DNA from: a virus
Lineage: Duplodnaviria; Caudoviricetes
Direction: 5' to 3' (one strand)
Virus record (IMG/VR): IMGVR_UViG_3300020045_007920
Coordinates: 1 to 41,290 of that record
DNA: 41,290 nt
Each line of letters starts with the position of its first letter. Position 1 is the first letter of the stretch. A model generated the notes under the pieces. It was not told the origin of the DNA, did not search any database, and saw only the letters and a list, made by a program, of their open reading frames with translations. The translations under genes and the position numbers were made by a program. Positions 15,673-26,348 of the stretch are shown here, one piece after another.

Positions 15673-16857
15673 ATGTCAAAAACCGTCTCACAATTAAAGG
15701 ACAGCGTATCAGGTGTTCTAACTGGAATAAACCTTACCAATGTCACCGGACTTGATGAGGCGGTAGAACGTGCTGTTAGGGTTTTGGTACAGAAAATCTA
15801 TATTCCTGAAGCTTCTGGTAAACAAGGACTCACCCTTTATGGCGGTGTCTATGACTATGCAGCACCCTCGACTATCTTCGCCCAGAACCTCATAGACTTG
15901 CGCCCGCAAGGGATTTCAAGGTCTGTCTTAGACAAACTCAATAGGACACGTCAAGAGACATTTGATAGGCATAAAGGACTTTTACCTAGTGGATATAAGG
16001 TGACTTTTGAGAACAGAAATGGGACAAACGTAATGCGTGTAGACCAAGCGAAAGCTACACAAGCCGTCACTCTTGATCGGATGAATGATACAACTGGCTG
16101 GACTTTGGCAGGTTCAGGTTCCTCTTTAACAGAAGATAATACTGTTTACTATGAATCTCCAGGGTCACTTCGTTTCTCTGTAGCAGGAGCTAGTACGGCT
16201 ACCCTAACCAAAGCTATTACTTCTCAAAGTATCGCTAGTTATGAGGACGTCGGTGTGGCTTTTCTTGCCATTCGTGTTCCACTAGCTTCTTCTCTTACAT
16301 CCTTATCTCTCAAACTTGGTTCAAGCGCGTCAGCGTACGACACCGTGGCTACTGTTACAACAGGATTTGTGGACGACTTTGAGACTAACGAGTGGTTCCT
16401 AGTACCATTTGATTTTTCAAACTCAACTTCTACTGGAACTCCAGATTGGAGCGCTATAGATTACGCACAAGTCTCTATTGCTCATAGTGCGTCCATGACT
16501 AATGTTAGGGTTGGGAAACTCTTTATAGGGCTTCCTTCACCGCATGATGTGCTATTTGGTTCTGCCGCTATATTTAGCACGTCTACAGGATTGTCGGAGA
16601 CGATTACAACTGACAATGATACGATTATCTTGAATAGTGCTGCTTACACGCTTCTTGAATTTGAGACAGCTAGACAAATCGCTTTACAACAAGGATCGAA
16701 AGCCAAGGCGCAGATTGCATTGCTTACCGATACTTTGGAGAATCCTGTCACTGGATTGTACCCGAATTATCAGAGTGATAATCCTAATGAGAATGTAAAG
16801 GTCGCAGGTAGATATGGGAGTGCTCCACGCACTAAACGGTATTCACGAAGATTTTAA
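15673..16857 (+). CDS. Virion structural protein (putative head-tail adaptor with a beta-sandwich insert)
   Basis: 394 aa; synteny; PDWSAIDYAQV carbohydrate-binding-like segment. Confidence 0.55.
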   Translation: MSKTVSQLKDSVSGVLTGINLTNVTGLDEAVERAVRVLVQKIYIPEASGKQGLTLYGGVYDYAAPSTIFAQNLIDLRPQGISRSVLDKLNRTRQETFDRHKGLLPSGYKVTFENRNGTNVMRVDQAKATQAVTLDRMNDTTGWTLAGSGSSLTEDNTVYYESPGSLRFSVAGASTATLTKAITSQSIASYEDVGVAFLAIRVPLASSLTSLSLKLGSSASAYDTVATVTTGFVDDFETNEWFLVPFDFSNSTSTGTPDWSAIDYAQVSIAHSASMTNVRVGKLFIGLPSPHDVLFGSAAIFSTSTGLSETITTDNDTIILNSAAYTLLEFETARQIALQQGSKAKAQIALLTDTLENPVTGLYPNYQSDNPNENVKVAGRYGSAPRTKRYSRRF

Positions 16858-18803
16858 TGGACAATTTTAATTTCGATATAATTTCTGATTTTCCTGGGTA
16901 CAACTCCTCACAGGAACGTACCAATCTTAAAGCTGGATATTTGGTGCGCGGAAGCCAGAATGTGTATAGAAGACACTCGGGTACTATTGCTTCACGTCCT
17001 GGACTTAAACTTAGGGGAGTTATAGATTCCACTGATGCAGGTGTAGTTGCAGAATTTGTATATAATACTTCACAAGGTAGAACTTTACCTTTGCGTGTAT
17101 GTAATAATAAGTTACAAGTGGAATTTGAGTTGGTTTGGTATGACCTTGTAGAGACTTCTACTTTGGCTTCACCTGCCGCTACACTCACTCGTTTTGTTTT
17201 CTCACCTTGGTGGGAAGTTGATGAACAGAAAGATAGATTGGTAATGGTGCGAGGTGATACTAATGCGCTTCATTGGAGTGGGGGTATTGCAAGAATAGCG
17301 TCTGCGACTGTTGACACCATAACTAAATCAGGAACTGAGACATGGGAAGGTTTAGGATTTGCTTCTTCTATTGCAGCAGAAAAAAAGATAGTTATAAGTG
17401 GAGTTGAGTATACATATACAGGTGGGTCTGATACTACAACTTTGACGGGGGTAACTCCTGATCCTTCGGCTATTGTTGCAGATACTATAGCAATTCAACC
17501 AGTTTTCGTTCAAACTTTAGTGGATGAAATTGCTGACGATGATTTTGTCGCAGACTTCCTTGCCGTAATAGGAAACCAGATGTGTTATGGTTCGTATACT
17601 TCTAAGATTATTCATATATCAAATGACGTAACGTCAGGCGGCCGTGTTGGTTTTTCAAATTTACTCAATACAGCAAATGACCAAGTAATTGGAGAAGCTG
17701 ATTTTGCCGTTCTTGATGATGTGGCAAATGGGATGATAACTAGAAATGGAAAGTTGTATGTTTCCGCAGGCTCCTCCGATTGGTATGAAGTATCTCCAAA
17801 CACTGTTCCTCCTGTAGCTATACCTTTTTACCACGATGTTCCAGCAAGTAGTGAGGCGTATGTTATTACTGAGGTTAAGAAAAGAAAAGGTAGTGGACTT
17901 GCAGGTCTTTTGGCGCATGAGTTTGCTTGTATCGTAGGGGATAATATCTTTTATGTATCAAAAGATAATCAGTTGAGAGTGGTGGGTACCTTTACCCAAA
18001 TCGAAGGAACTAATTTTCCAGTCGTTTCGCAATCGATCTACAAAGAATTGCAAGATGAAGATTTTACTGATGGACATATCAAGTCATCGGGGGATACCGT
18101 TTATATCACTGCTCCGACCTCAGGTCGTCACTGGATGTATCAAATTAAGGAAGATGTTGATGGTGTAGGCCAAATTACAGCACAACGTACATGGCAACCT
18201 CCTCAAGTGGCAGGTATTTCTCGTTTCTCTGAAATTGATGGTATTCTCTACGGTCATTCAAATCATTTTCCTCAGCTTTATCAAATTTGGGATACTAATC
18301 AGTGGCACGATGACGATCCTTCAGAAGAAGATATTTCATACACTTGTGTAGCTCGGTTCTCTTACATGCACACACCTACCTCAAAAGGTGGAATAGACCG
18401 AGTTGGACTCAGCAAGTTTGACCGTATCTATTACGAGGGTCTAATAGCTAATGGCTCTATTCTTTATGGCAAAGCTTATCTCGACTACAAAGGAGCTACA
18501 GATATTCAGGATTTTGAGATAAATACTATTGATAGTCCTGCTACCTTCTTCCTGGGTGGCCAGGTTTCAGGTATAGGTACGGATTCACTTGGCGTGAATC
18601 CTCTTGGAGACGGGATAGTCGAGGAGTCGAGCGATCAGGCGACATTGAGCAAGTTTCGTGCAATTTGCCAGGCTGTACCCAAGGATGCGTTTGAATACGA
18701 GTTGGAGGTTTATAGTGTGGATTTAGAGAGTCGCTGGGAACTCATTGCGTTAGGAGTGAATTTGGCTAGTTCAGAGAATAATCCGACATTTATAGGAAAA
18801 TAA
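16857..18803 (+). CDS. Tail nozzle / DNA-stabilisation protein (P22 gp10 or T7 gp12-like beta-propeller)
   Basis: 648 aa, beta-rich; N-terminal FPGYN...SQNVY...GTIASRPGL pattern typical of this class. Confidence 0.65.
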   Translation: MDNFNFDIISDFPGYNSSQERTNLKAGYLVRGSQNVYRRHSGTIASRPGLKLRGVIDSTDAGVVAEFVYNTSQGRTLPLRVCNNKLQVEFELVWYDLVETSTLASPAATLTRFVFSPWWEVDEQKDRLVMVRGDTNALHWSGGIARIASATVDTITKSGTETWEGLGFASSIAAEKKIVISGVEYTYTGGSDTTTLTGVTPDPSAIVADTIAIQPVFVQTLVDEIADDDFVADFLAVIGNQMCYGSYTSKIIHISNDVTSGGRVGFSNLLNTANDQVIGEADFAVLDDVANGMITRNGKLYVSAGSSDWYEVSPNTVPPVAIPFYHDVPASSEAYVITEVKKRKGSGLAGLLAHEFACIVGDNIFYVSKDNQLRVVGTFTQIEGTNFPVVSQSIYKELQDEDFTDGHIKSSGDTVYITAPTSGRHWMYQIKEDVDGVGQITAQRTWQPPQVAGISRFSEIDGILYGHSNHFPQLYQIWDTNQWHDDDPSEEDISYTCVARFSYMHTPTSKGGIDRVGLSKFDRIYYEGLIANGSILYGKAYLDYKGATDIQDFEINTIDSPATFFLGGQVSGIGTDSLGVNPLGDGIVEESSDQATLSKFRAICQAVPKDAFEYELEVYSVDLESRWELIALGVNLASSENNPTFIGK

Positions 18804-18827
18804 TTATTATGTTATAATATTACCAAC

Positions 18828-20609
18828 ATGGAAACATTCTTCAAGATTTTAATAGCTCCAGTTATCTTTGTTTTATCATCTGCGGGTTATGCAGTTACTC
18901 CACAATCTACTTTTGATACTTTATCAAAAGAAGTTTCAGAGTTAACTTCAACTGTTGAGTTACAAAAGTCTCAAATTGAAAAAACAGAACAGAAATTTGG
19001 TGCTTTTACTACAACCTCCGCTGGCACCTATCGTCTAAGCAACTCAATCAGTTCTACAGCTACAACTATCAATCTTTCGTCATTCAAAGAGCCTATCTCA
19101 AACATTGCTTACACCATGACACAGCTTGGGACGACTGTGGTCTATGGAACACTTGATCCACAGAATTCTACTAAGAGTGAAACAATCTCATTTACAGGTA
19201 TTACGCAAAATGCTAACGGTACAGCACAACTTACTGGTGTCACCCGTGGACTTTCACGCTCCCCTGGGGTATCAGCCTGTACCGCTTCCACGACTCTAGC
19301 TACCTCTCATTCAGGTCAGACAGTGTTTATCCTGTCAAACCCTTCTTGCTTCTATAGTGAGTTTGCGGTTAAGAGGAATGATGAAGTGGTAACAGGATCA
19401 TGGACGGTGCCGGCCCCATTATCCGCTGGTAATCCAACAACAAAAACATATGTTGACAGTCTGGTAAATGGTGGTGCAGTTTCTTATGATAAGATTGTAG
19501 TAGCTGGAACAGCTGGAGAAACTATAGATTACGCTGGTCAAGTTTTGTATTTAAAACAATCTGACGCTAGGTGGTACAAAGCTGCGACTACAATTGCCGA
19601 AGCTTCAACTACTATAATTGGTTTAGCCCAAGGTTCTGGAACAACTGGGGTGGCGATTAATGGAGGAGTTCTTCTTTCAGGGTTAGATTCAAATCAGGCT
19701 TCTCTTACTGAGGGTGTAAAATATTTTATGTCCAGTACGGCAGGAGCGACAAGTACCGCTACTTCAACTCGTATTCTTGGTATTGCTAGAAATGCCACGA
19801 CTTTGTATTTTAATACTAGTTCTATTATTGAAGGATTCAAAACTACTGATAATACAATAGAGGGTAGAAATACTTTTATAGGAGCGACGACAACTTTCTC
19901 AAACGCAGCAACTAGTAGTGTTGTTATTACGGCAACATCAAGTCTAAAGTTGGGTGCATTCCCCGCATACAATATTGGTAAAAATATCAAGATCATCACG
20001 ACTACAGGAACATCTACATTCACTGTTCCTTTAGGAATTTCTAAAATATTTGTTCAGCTAGTTGGTGGAGGTGGTGCTGGTGGTGGATGTGTATCTGGTG
20101 GAGCGGGGCTTGAATCATCTGGCGGTGGTGGCGGTGGTGGCGGATATTCACAAGAAAATGTAGATGTTACTGGTACGTCTAGTATAACTGTATTTGTGGG
20201 AATTGGAGGAGTGGGCAATAGTTCCAGTGGAACAGTAGGAAGTTGGACAACCTTTGGAGTAAATGGATTTTATCTTTCCGCAACACCTGGAGGTAATGGG
20301 GATGAGGCTGGAGGTAATGGTGGTGGGGTTGGATCAGGTGGAGATTTAAACCTTCCAGGCGCACCAGGTGCAAACGGGCTTGCCGATACAGATATTGGAA
20401 CAAGTCAGTACATTGCTGGAGGTGGAGGACATTCAATGTTTGGTTTTGCGCCGCCTTCCCAACCTAAATTACCTTCATCGGGAAATGGAACATCTGCTGA
20501 TGTTACAAATAATGGGTACGGAGCTGGAGGAATGGGCGCATATTGTACAGCATCACAAACTTCAAATGGTGGAGCTGGAACACAAGGTTTAATTGTTATC
20601 ACATGGTAA
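18828..20609 (+). CDS. Tail fibre/spike-like protein with a hydrophobic N-terminus and a glycine-rich C-terminal domain
   Basis: ETISFTGITQ...LTGVTRG, NPTTKTYVD, TFTVPLGISKIFVQLVGGGGAGG...GGAGTQGLIVITW. Confidence 0.7.
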   Translation: METFFKILIAPVIFVLSSAGYAVTPQSTFDTLSKEVSELTSTVELQKSQIEKTEQKFGAFTTTSAGTYRLSNSISSTATTINLSSFKEPISNIAYTMTQLGTTVVYGTLDPQNSTKSETISFTGITQNANGTAQLTGVTRGLSRSPGVSACTASTTLATSHSGQTVFILSNPSCFYSEFAVKRNDEVVTGSWTVPAPLSAGNPTTKTYVDSLVNGGAVSYDKIVVAGTAGETIDYAGQVLYLKQSDARWYKAATTIAEASTTIIGLAQGSGTTGVAINGGVLLSGLDSNQASLTEGVKYFMSSTAGATSTATSTRILGIARNATTLYFNTSSIIEGFKTTDNTIEGRNTFIGATTTFSNAATSSVVITATSSLKLGAFPAYNIGKNIKIITTTGTSTFTVPLGISKIFVQLVGGGGAGGGCVSGGAGLESSGGGGGGGGYSQENVDVTGTSSITVFVGIGGVGNSSSGTVGSWTTFGVNGFYLSATPGGNGDEAGGNGGGVGSGGDLNLPGAPGANGLADTDIGTSQYIAGGGGHSMFGFAPPSQPKLPSSGNGTSADVTNNGYGAGGMGAYCTASQTSNGGAGTQGLIVITW

Positions 20610-20616
20610 AAATACT

Positions 20617-22455
20617 ATGCCATTAAAAACAATCGAACAACAAAATGCAGAGTTCATAAAGAACAACCCCCAGTATAGTTATTCTGTACCGTCTCCTTAT
20701 GTTGCACCAAAAGCACCTGGGTCAGCAGAAGCGGCTGCTTTGCAACAGAAGTTAGATATGGAGAAGTATTTTCCAAAATCTCCTGTTTCTACAATCAACA
20801 CTAATAATGCGGTAACAAATCTGAACAATCAGAATAGTTATCTTAATACTACGTACCCACAGACTGCTACTCCAAATGTAGACACCAAACCTACAGAGAC
20901 TAAAGTTGAACCCAAAGCCTATTTTGCCAACGATATGGGTCAAGAGGCAGAGTTTACTCAAGCGCAGTTGGATGATGCTAAAAATACAGGCTTTCTTACA
21001 AGTGGTGGTTACACTCAAGTACGCACCGAGGGTCCGAACTTTGACACAGGTAGAGTGTCAGGATTAAGAGATGATGTAGCAAGTGTAGATAAAGAGATTC
21101 AAGATGCTATAACCTCTCTCAAAACTTACAACCCATCAAATGATCCTGATTTTATTCAGTATCAAACAAATCTTGAAGCAAATTTGAAGCGTACTTCTGA
21201 TTTAGTGAAACAGGCAGGAGAAAATACTGCCCAATCCCTCGTGACTGCTTTGGGAGGTCGTATGCGCTCAGGTGGAGCAATTAAACTTAGGGGTAATATC
21301 TTACAAGATGCTCAATTGAAGATAGGTGATTTGAATTTAAAAGAACAGGATGCTCTGTTACAAGCTCGCATAGCTTTTAAAGATAAGAAATATAGTGAGT
21401 TTAATACCTTGGTAAATAGTCTTAGGGAAACACGTAAGGATAAAGCGGATGCTTTGCAAGATTATAATAAGTCTATTACGGAATATAATAAGGAGCTTAG
21501 GAAAGCTGTGGCAGATAAGATAGAACGTGAAGCAAAAGTGCAGGAGAAACTTACTTCTGATATAAATGGCATATTATCTGATGTTGGCAAAACTGGTGCA
21601 CCAGAAGAGGTAATTAACGCAATTTCTAGGTCTACTTCTGTAGCAGAAGCGGTTAAAGCAGCGGGAGATTATCTTCAGGCTGGTACGGGGATTGTTGGAG
21701 AGTATAATTATTATAAAAAAGACGCTGTTTCAAGAGGCCTTCAACCTTTATCTTTTGATGAGTATCAAACTAAAGATACTAACAGGAAAGTGTCTATTGC
21801 AAAAGCAGCAGTCGATGGGACAGGTTTGGACTTCAGACAGCAAGCCGTGTTCAATAGAATTGTGGATAAATATAACGCTTCTCCTGCGATTAAAGCTTTG
21901 GATAGGGCAAATATGTTGAAAAATATTCTTGCAGAGGCTGAGAAAAACCCAACCAGTGCAGGGGCACAACTGAACTTGCTTTATTCTTATATTAAAGGTC
22001 TTGATACCGATAGTGCTGTACGAGAAGGTGAACTTGATCTGGTTAAATCTGTATCAGACTACGTTAGTAAGTATCAAATGTCTTTTAACAAGATTCAAAA
22101 CAGTCAGGCGGTATCTACAGGAACACTTAAAGAAATGATTACTGGAGGTAAAAATCTTGTTAGTTCTATTGAAGATACTGCCAAAAGAAAAAAGAAAGTT
22201 TTTGATGCACAAGCGAAAAGCAATGGGACTCAAGTGTATAGCGCATGGCAGCAATTTGATACTGATATTTCATCAATTGGTAATACATCTGATGAGATTA
22301 CAAGTAATCAAGAGGAGGCTAAAAATAAGGTAATCGAATACGGGAAAGTTAATCCTCAATTACAACAGGAAATGCGAAATCTTTTAATTGAGATTCAAGA
22401 TGACATTGGTCGTCCTTACACTTATGATGAGGTAGCTCAAATATATAATCTTTAA
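20617..22455 (+). CDS. Putative DNA ejection / internal virion protein
   Basis: About 612 aa, alpha-helical, LDTDSAVREGE motif; start revised to 20617. Confidence 0.55.
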   Translation: MPLKTIEQQNAEFIKNNPQYSYSVPSPYVAPKAPGSAEAAALQQKLDMEKYFPKSPVSTINTNNAVTNLNNQNSYLNTTYPQTATPNVDTKPTETKVEPKAYFANDMGQEAEFTQAQLDDAKNTGFLTSGGYTQVRTEGPNFDTGRVSGLRDDVASVDKEIQDAITSLKTYNPSNDPDFIQYQTNLEANLKRTSDLVKQAGENTAQSLVTALGGRMRSGGAIKLRGNILQDAQLKIGDLNLKEQDALLQARIAFKDKKYSEFNTLVNSLRETRKDKADALQDYNKSITEYNKELRKAVADKIEREAKVQEKLTSDINGILSDVGKTGAPEEVINAISRSTSVAEAVKAAGDYLQAGTGIVGEYNYYKKDAVSRGLQPLSFDEYQTKDTNRKVSIAKAAVDGTGLDFRQQAVFNRIVDKYNASPAIKALDRANMLKNILAEAEKNPTSAGAQLNLLYSYIKGLDTDSAVREGELDLVKSVSDYVSKYQMSFNKIQNSQAVSTGTLKEMITGGKNLVSSIEDTAKRKKKVFDAQAKSNGTQVYSAWQQFDTDISSIGNTSDEITSNQEEAKNKVIEYGKVNPQLQQEMRNLLIEIQDDIGRPYTYDEVAQIYNL

Positions 22456-22459
22456 TAAA

Positions 22460-24235
22460 ATGCTTACTCCTGAACAGTTACAATCAGCTCGTCAAAGACT
22501 TAATGTTCCAATAACAGCCACAAATCCTGTGGTCAATAATGTTGCCTCTGAATTAGATTCACAATGGGGAGGAGACTCAACAGTTACTCAACCCACTAAA
22601 GAAAAGGGTATTATTGGTACGGCTACTCAGTCTATTTTAGGTGGAGCGGCCAGTATGGCACAGCGACCTGGAGAACTTGTTGGAGTAGGCATTGCCAAAG
22701 CTGCTTCGTCTTTAACAGGAAAACCTGAATACTACGATAGAGCATTGGCTGAACTTGATCGTCCAGGCAAAACCGCTATCGGTACTGATATAAGACCTAT
22801 TTCAAAAGAAACTCCTAAGTCCGTGGCAGCACAAGCACTAGGAACTGTGGGACTTGGTTTAGGACCAGTTTTTGGTGGTGCAGCATTAGGGGCTTCTATG
22901 GGGCTTGAGAACGATGGAGGAGCAGGAGAGATTATTCTTGATACGATAATTGGAGCATTGGGAGGGAAGATACTTGATGTCGGTTTTAAGGCGGCCAGTC
23001 CGTATATTACAAAAGCTGTGGCAAAATACGGCACACCTGTCATAGAACAATTGCAAAAGACTTTGCCTGATTATGCAAAGCCATATCTTGATACCTTAGT
23101 TACCTCTGGTAAAAAGGTAGTACAGACAGAAGCCGATAAGGCATTGATGCAAACTTCTCAAACAAGTATAGAGGATGCTTTGGGATTTGTTAAAAAAAGG
23201 AATCCTACACCTGTTGAACTAAAAGATGCTTTTGTAGAAGGCAGGACTAAAACAGTAGGTAAAAAGCAGGATATTATTACAACTCCTCAGCAACAAAGAC
23301 AGGCAGAGGCACTGCAACCGCTTGTCGAAAGTGGTGAATTGAAAATGAGTAAAGATGGATTACCTACTCCCGAGCAAAGAGATGTGATTATTCAGAGGGT
23401 GGAACAGTTGAATCAGGGTGTAAAACAAATGGTTTCAAATCCTAAGAATAATCAATCTTTTGTTAAAAAACAACTTCGTCAGGTTTTGGAAGATACTAAA
23501 AAAGATTCTTCTGTTATTTTTGCTTCTGATCCGAATATTGAAAAGGTGTACAACGCTCTTATTGAAGAAGCCTATAAATCAGTGAAAACCAACAATGTTG
23601 AAGGACTTCTTGAGGCTCGACAATCGTTTGATAAATTACCTGCAGTCAAGAAGCTTCTTGATGGATTACAAGGTGCGACTGGAGAGAACCTAAAGAGGGA
23701 GGCCGTGCTTAATATCAGAAGGGGCATGAATAACTTTGCTGCGGATTTGTTAGACAAGGCGCAATCGGCAAGCATAATGAAAAGACTAACTCCTAAACAA
23801 GCTAAAAGTTTGATTGAAAAATCAAAGAAATTTGCCAAGAAGGAAGATTTTGTGAAATATGTAAAAGAAAATATGGAGTCTTTCAAGGATTCAGGCCTTA
23901 CCTCTAGCACATCACGAAAGACACAGAAAGGGATGAATACAGAAAATCAGTATACTACTTCCTTATCAGACGATCTAGGTGAATTGTGGGATGTAGGCAA
24001 AGTTTCCCCAAATGCAATGACCGGAGAACTCTTCATCAAAACACTTAGAAATGAATCCGACTTACTTGGAGCCGTCCAGTCCATGTCAGATAATTATCCT
24101 GAAACATTTGTAGAAGCAAATAAGACTTTCTTCCAAAGGAATCCGACTCTTAAGAAATCTTTGATTTGGGGGGCAGGAGGACTTGGAATGGGTTATCTTG
24201 GAAGAAATGCGCTTGGTGGTCTAATCCCTGAATAA
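22460..24235 (+). CDS. Putative DNA ejection / transfer protein
   Basis: 591 aa with Gly/Ala-rich hydrophobic segments (LGTVGLGLGPVFGGAALG) and a hydrophobic C-terminal tail. Confidence 0.55.
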   Translation: MLTPEQLQSARQRLNVPITATNPVVNNVASELDSQWGGDSTVTQPTKEKGIIGTATQSILGGAASMAQRPGELVGVGIAKAASSLTGKPEYYDRALAELDRPGKTAIGTDIRPISKETPKSVAAQALGTVGLGLGPVFGGAALGASMGLENDGGAGEIILDTIIGALGGKILDVGFKAASPYITKAVAKYGTPVIEQLQKTLPDYAKPYLDTLVTSGKKVVQTEADKALMQTSQTSIEDALGFVKKRNPTPVELKDAFVEGRTKTVGKKQDIITTPQQQRQAEALQPLVESGELKMSKDGLPTPEQRDVIIQRVEQLNQGVKQMVSNPKNNQSFVKKQLRQVLEDTKKDSSVIFASDPNIEKVYNALIEEAYKSVKTNNVEGLLEARQSFDKLPAVKKLLDGLQGATGENLKREAVLNIRRGMNNFAADLLDKAQSASIMKRLTPKQAKSLIEKSKKFAKKEDFVKYVKENMESFKDSGLTSSTSRKTQKGMNTENQYTTSLSDDLGELWDVGKVSPNAMTGELFIKTLRNESDLLGAVQSMSDNYPETFVEANKTFFQRNPTLKKSLIWGAGGLGMGYLGRNALGGLIPE

Positions 24236-24237
24236 CC

Positions 24238-25077
24238 ATGCTAACCACTGCTCAAAAGTATAACTTGAAGAAACGTAATCCGAATTTTTCGGATCTTTCC
24301 ACTGAGAGGGCGCAAATTTTGAGTGAAATAAAAATGCTGCTAATGGAACATGAAGGTAGGGTAATGACAATGGTGGATGAAAAAATCAACGGTATTAAAC
24401 TACCTGACTTAGAATCAGTCTTACAAACTATTAAAGGGAATGATGGAGAAGATGCTGATGCGGAAGATATTGCAGAGTGTCTTATGATGATGCCTGAGTT
24501 TATTGCCCTCACTAGAGCCAATGATGGTAAGACACCTTCGTTAGAGGAATTAAGGGCGTTGATAATACCTCTTATTCCTCCACCAGTTCCAGGAAAAGAC
24601 GGAAAAGACGGGGTGACTCCCAGTGTGGATGTAGATGAGATTATAAGGATTGTAGTATCCCTAATTCCACCACCTAAAAATGGGGAAGACGGGACGAATG
24701 GATCACCTGACAAGCCTATCGAGATTGCCGACAAGTTAAACACCCTTGAAGAGAAAGTTGAAATGAGAGTAATTAAAGGTCTAGCTTTAGCCCTAAAAAA
24801 TCTTCAACGTGCGATTAGAGAGAAAGGAGGGGGCAGGCAAATTGCTGGTAGTGGGGCAACGACAGGTGGGTTAACCAAACTCGAAGCTACAGGTACGGTT
24901 GACGGATTAACAAACCCTACTCCAAATCGAGTATTCACTTTCACTACTGCACCTGTAATAATATACATCGACAGTGTCCCTTATCAGAAGGTGCAGAGTG
25001 ATGGCACAGTTATTTGGACAGGAACGACGACAGTTACATTAATAAAAGCACCTAATTACGACGTTTTTGGTCTATAA
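24238..25077 (+). CDS. Protein with short collagen-like Gly-X-Y repeats
   Basis: LIPPPVPGKDGKDG and LIPPPKNGEDGTNG repeats. Confidence 0.7.
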   Translation: MLTTAQKYNLKKRNPNFSDLSTERAQILSEIKMLLMEHEGRVMTMVDEKINGIKLPDLESVLQTIKGNDGEDADAEDIAECLMMMPEFIALTRANDGKTPSLEELRALIIPLIPPPVPGKDGKDGVTPSVDVDEIIRIVVSLIPPPKNGEDGTNGSPDKPIEIADKLNTLEEKVEMRVIKGLALALKNLQRAIREKGGGRQIAGSGATTGGLTKLEATGTVDGLTNPTPNRVFTFTTAPVIIYIDSVPYQKVQSDGTVIWTGTTTVTLIKAPNYDVFGL

Positions 25078-25079
25078 AT

Positions 25080-26348
25080 ATGAAAAAAATACTTATCACA
25101 TTGTTTGTAGCTGTAGGATTGGTAACAGTCACGCCCACGGTTTTTGGAGCGCTGACTTACCCTTGGACAGCCACTACGACCACTCCTTATGTGGTATACC
25201 CTGCTCCGTTTAATGGAACTTTGGCAGGCGTTCAAGCTCCATTTTTTATATCTACAAGTACAACGGCTACATCCACTTTCGCCAATGGAATTAACATGTC
25301 TGATGGTTGCTTTGCACTTGATGGGGTTTGTATAGGCGGTGGTACTGTTTCTTCTGGCCTACAAGGTCAAGCCGCTTTCTATCTTACAAGTGGCACTACA
25401 GTAACAGGTACGTCATCGTTAGTTATGGACACAACGACAGGAAATATTGCTATCGGAGAAACAGCTAGCCCTGCGTCCACGCCTAAATTAACTGTATCAG
25501 GTGACGATTCTGGGACTAATGGTGTAATTTACGCATTTAACTCTAATACCTCAACAGGAGGGGCTGTTATAGGTGAAACTGAATCGGGGGCATATGGGGC
25601 ACTTGGATATCAAAGCGATAATTGTGGAGTGCTGGCCATCTCAGGCACTATATCTTTAAGAGCAGGTTGTGGTACTGGATTTGGTCTCCGTGTAGTAGGG
25701 ACTAGTGTCTTTACAGGAAACGCAGATACCCCTACGCTTGTAATAAGACCTTCGGTCGCACAATCAGAAAACGTACTTGGTGTGCAAAATAATGCAGGAA
25801 CTTTGAGCCTTTTTTCCGTCCAACCCGATGGAGATGTATTCTTCAATCAAGCACTTGCTTATGTAGATTCTACTGGTAAATATACAGGTCCAAACATCCA
25901 AACGACTTCTGTGGGCGCAACTTCAACATTTGCTGGAAGTGTAGCTATAGGTACTTCAACAAGTAATTCTTTCCTAGAAGTAAATGGAGGTTTCCATACA
26001 GAGGAGCAAACACTCTCGACTAGTACGTCTATGTCAGTTAATTTTTGCTCATTGAATACTAGCAACAAGCTCCGTATGGGGGTTGGGAGTGCAAACATAA
26101 CGTTCACATGGACAAACTATCAAGCATGCGTTGGTAAACAGATTGATGTTACTGTCCAGGCTCCAAATATAGGTGTAGTTGCTTCGACAACCTTCACGGC
26201 GACTGTATCTACTGATTATATATGGGATGGTTATTTGAATCCTGGAAACAACACGAACATAGGCAGTGTTGATACCTTCACATTTGAGTCCATCACGTCA
26301 ACATCAACAGCAATGATTCGTGCCTACCTAAAATCATCTAACCCATAA
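25080..26348 (+). CDS. Secreted Thr/Ser-rich surface or fibre-like protein
   Basis: Signal peptide MKKILITLFVAVGLVTVTPTVFG; STSTTATSTFANGINMSDGCFALDGVCI; GNIAIG and VAIGTST fibre-like repeats. Confidence 0.75.
   Translation: MKKILITLFVAVGLVTVTPTVFGALTYPWTATTTTPYVVYPAPFNGTLAGVQAPFFISTSTTATSTFANGINMSDGCFALDGVCIGGGTVSSGLQGQAAFYLTSGTTVTGTSSLVMDTTTGNIAIGETASPASTPKLTVSGDDSGTNGVIYAFNSNTSTGGAVIGETESGAYGALGYQSDNCGVLAISGTISLRAGCGTGFGLRVVGTSVFTGNADTPTLVIRPSVAQSENVLGVQNNAGTLSLFSVQPDGDVFFNQALAYVDSTGKYTGPNIQTTSVGATSTFAGSVAIGTSTSNSFLEVNGGFHTEEQTLSTSTSMSVNFCSLNTSNKLRMGVGSANITFTWTNYQACVGKQIDVTVQAPNIGVVASTTFTATVSTDYIWDGYLNPGNNTNIGSVDTFTFESITSTSTAMIRAYLKSSNP

Noticed and set aside
20069-20143. GGT/GGC-rich tandem repeats
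   Set aside because: They simply encode the poly-Gly stretch of the glycine-rich fibre domain.
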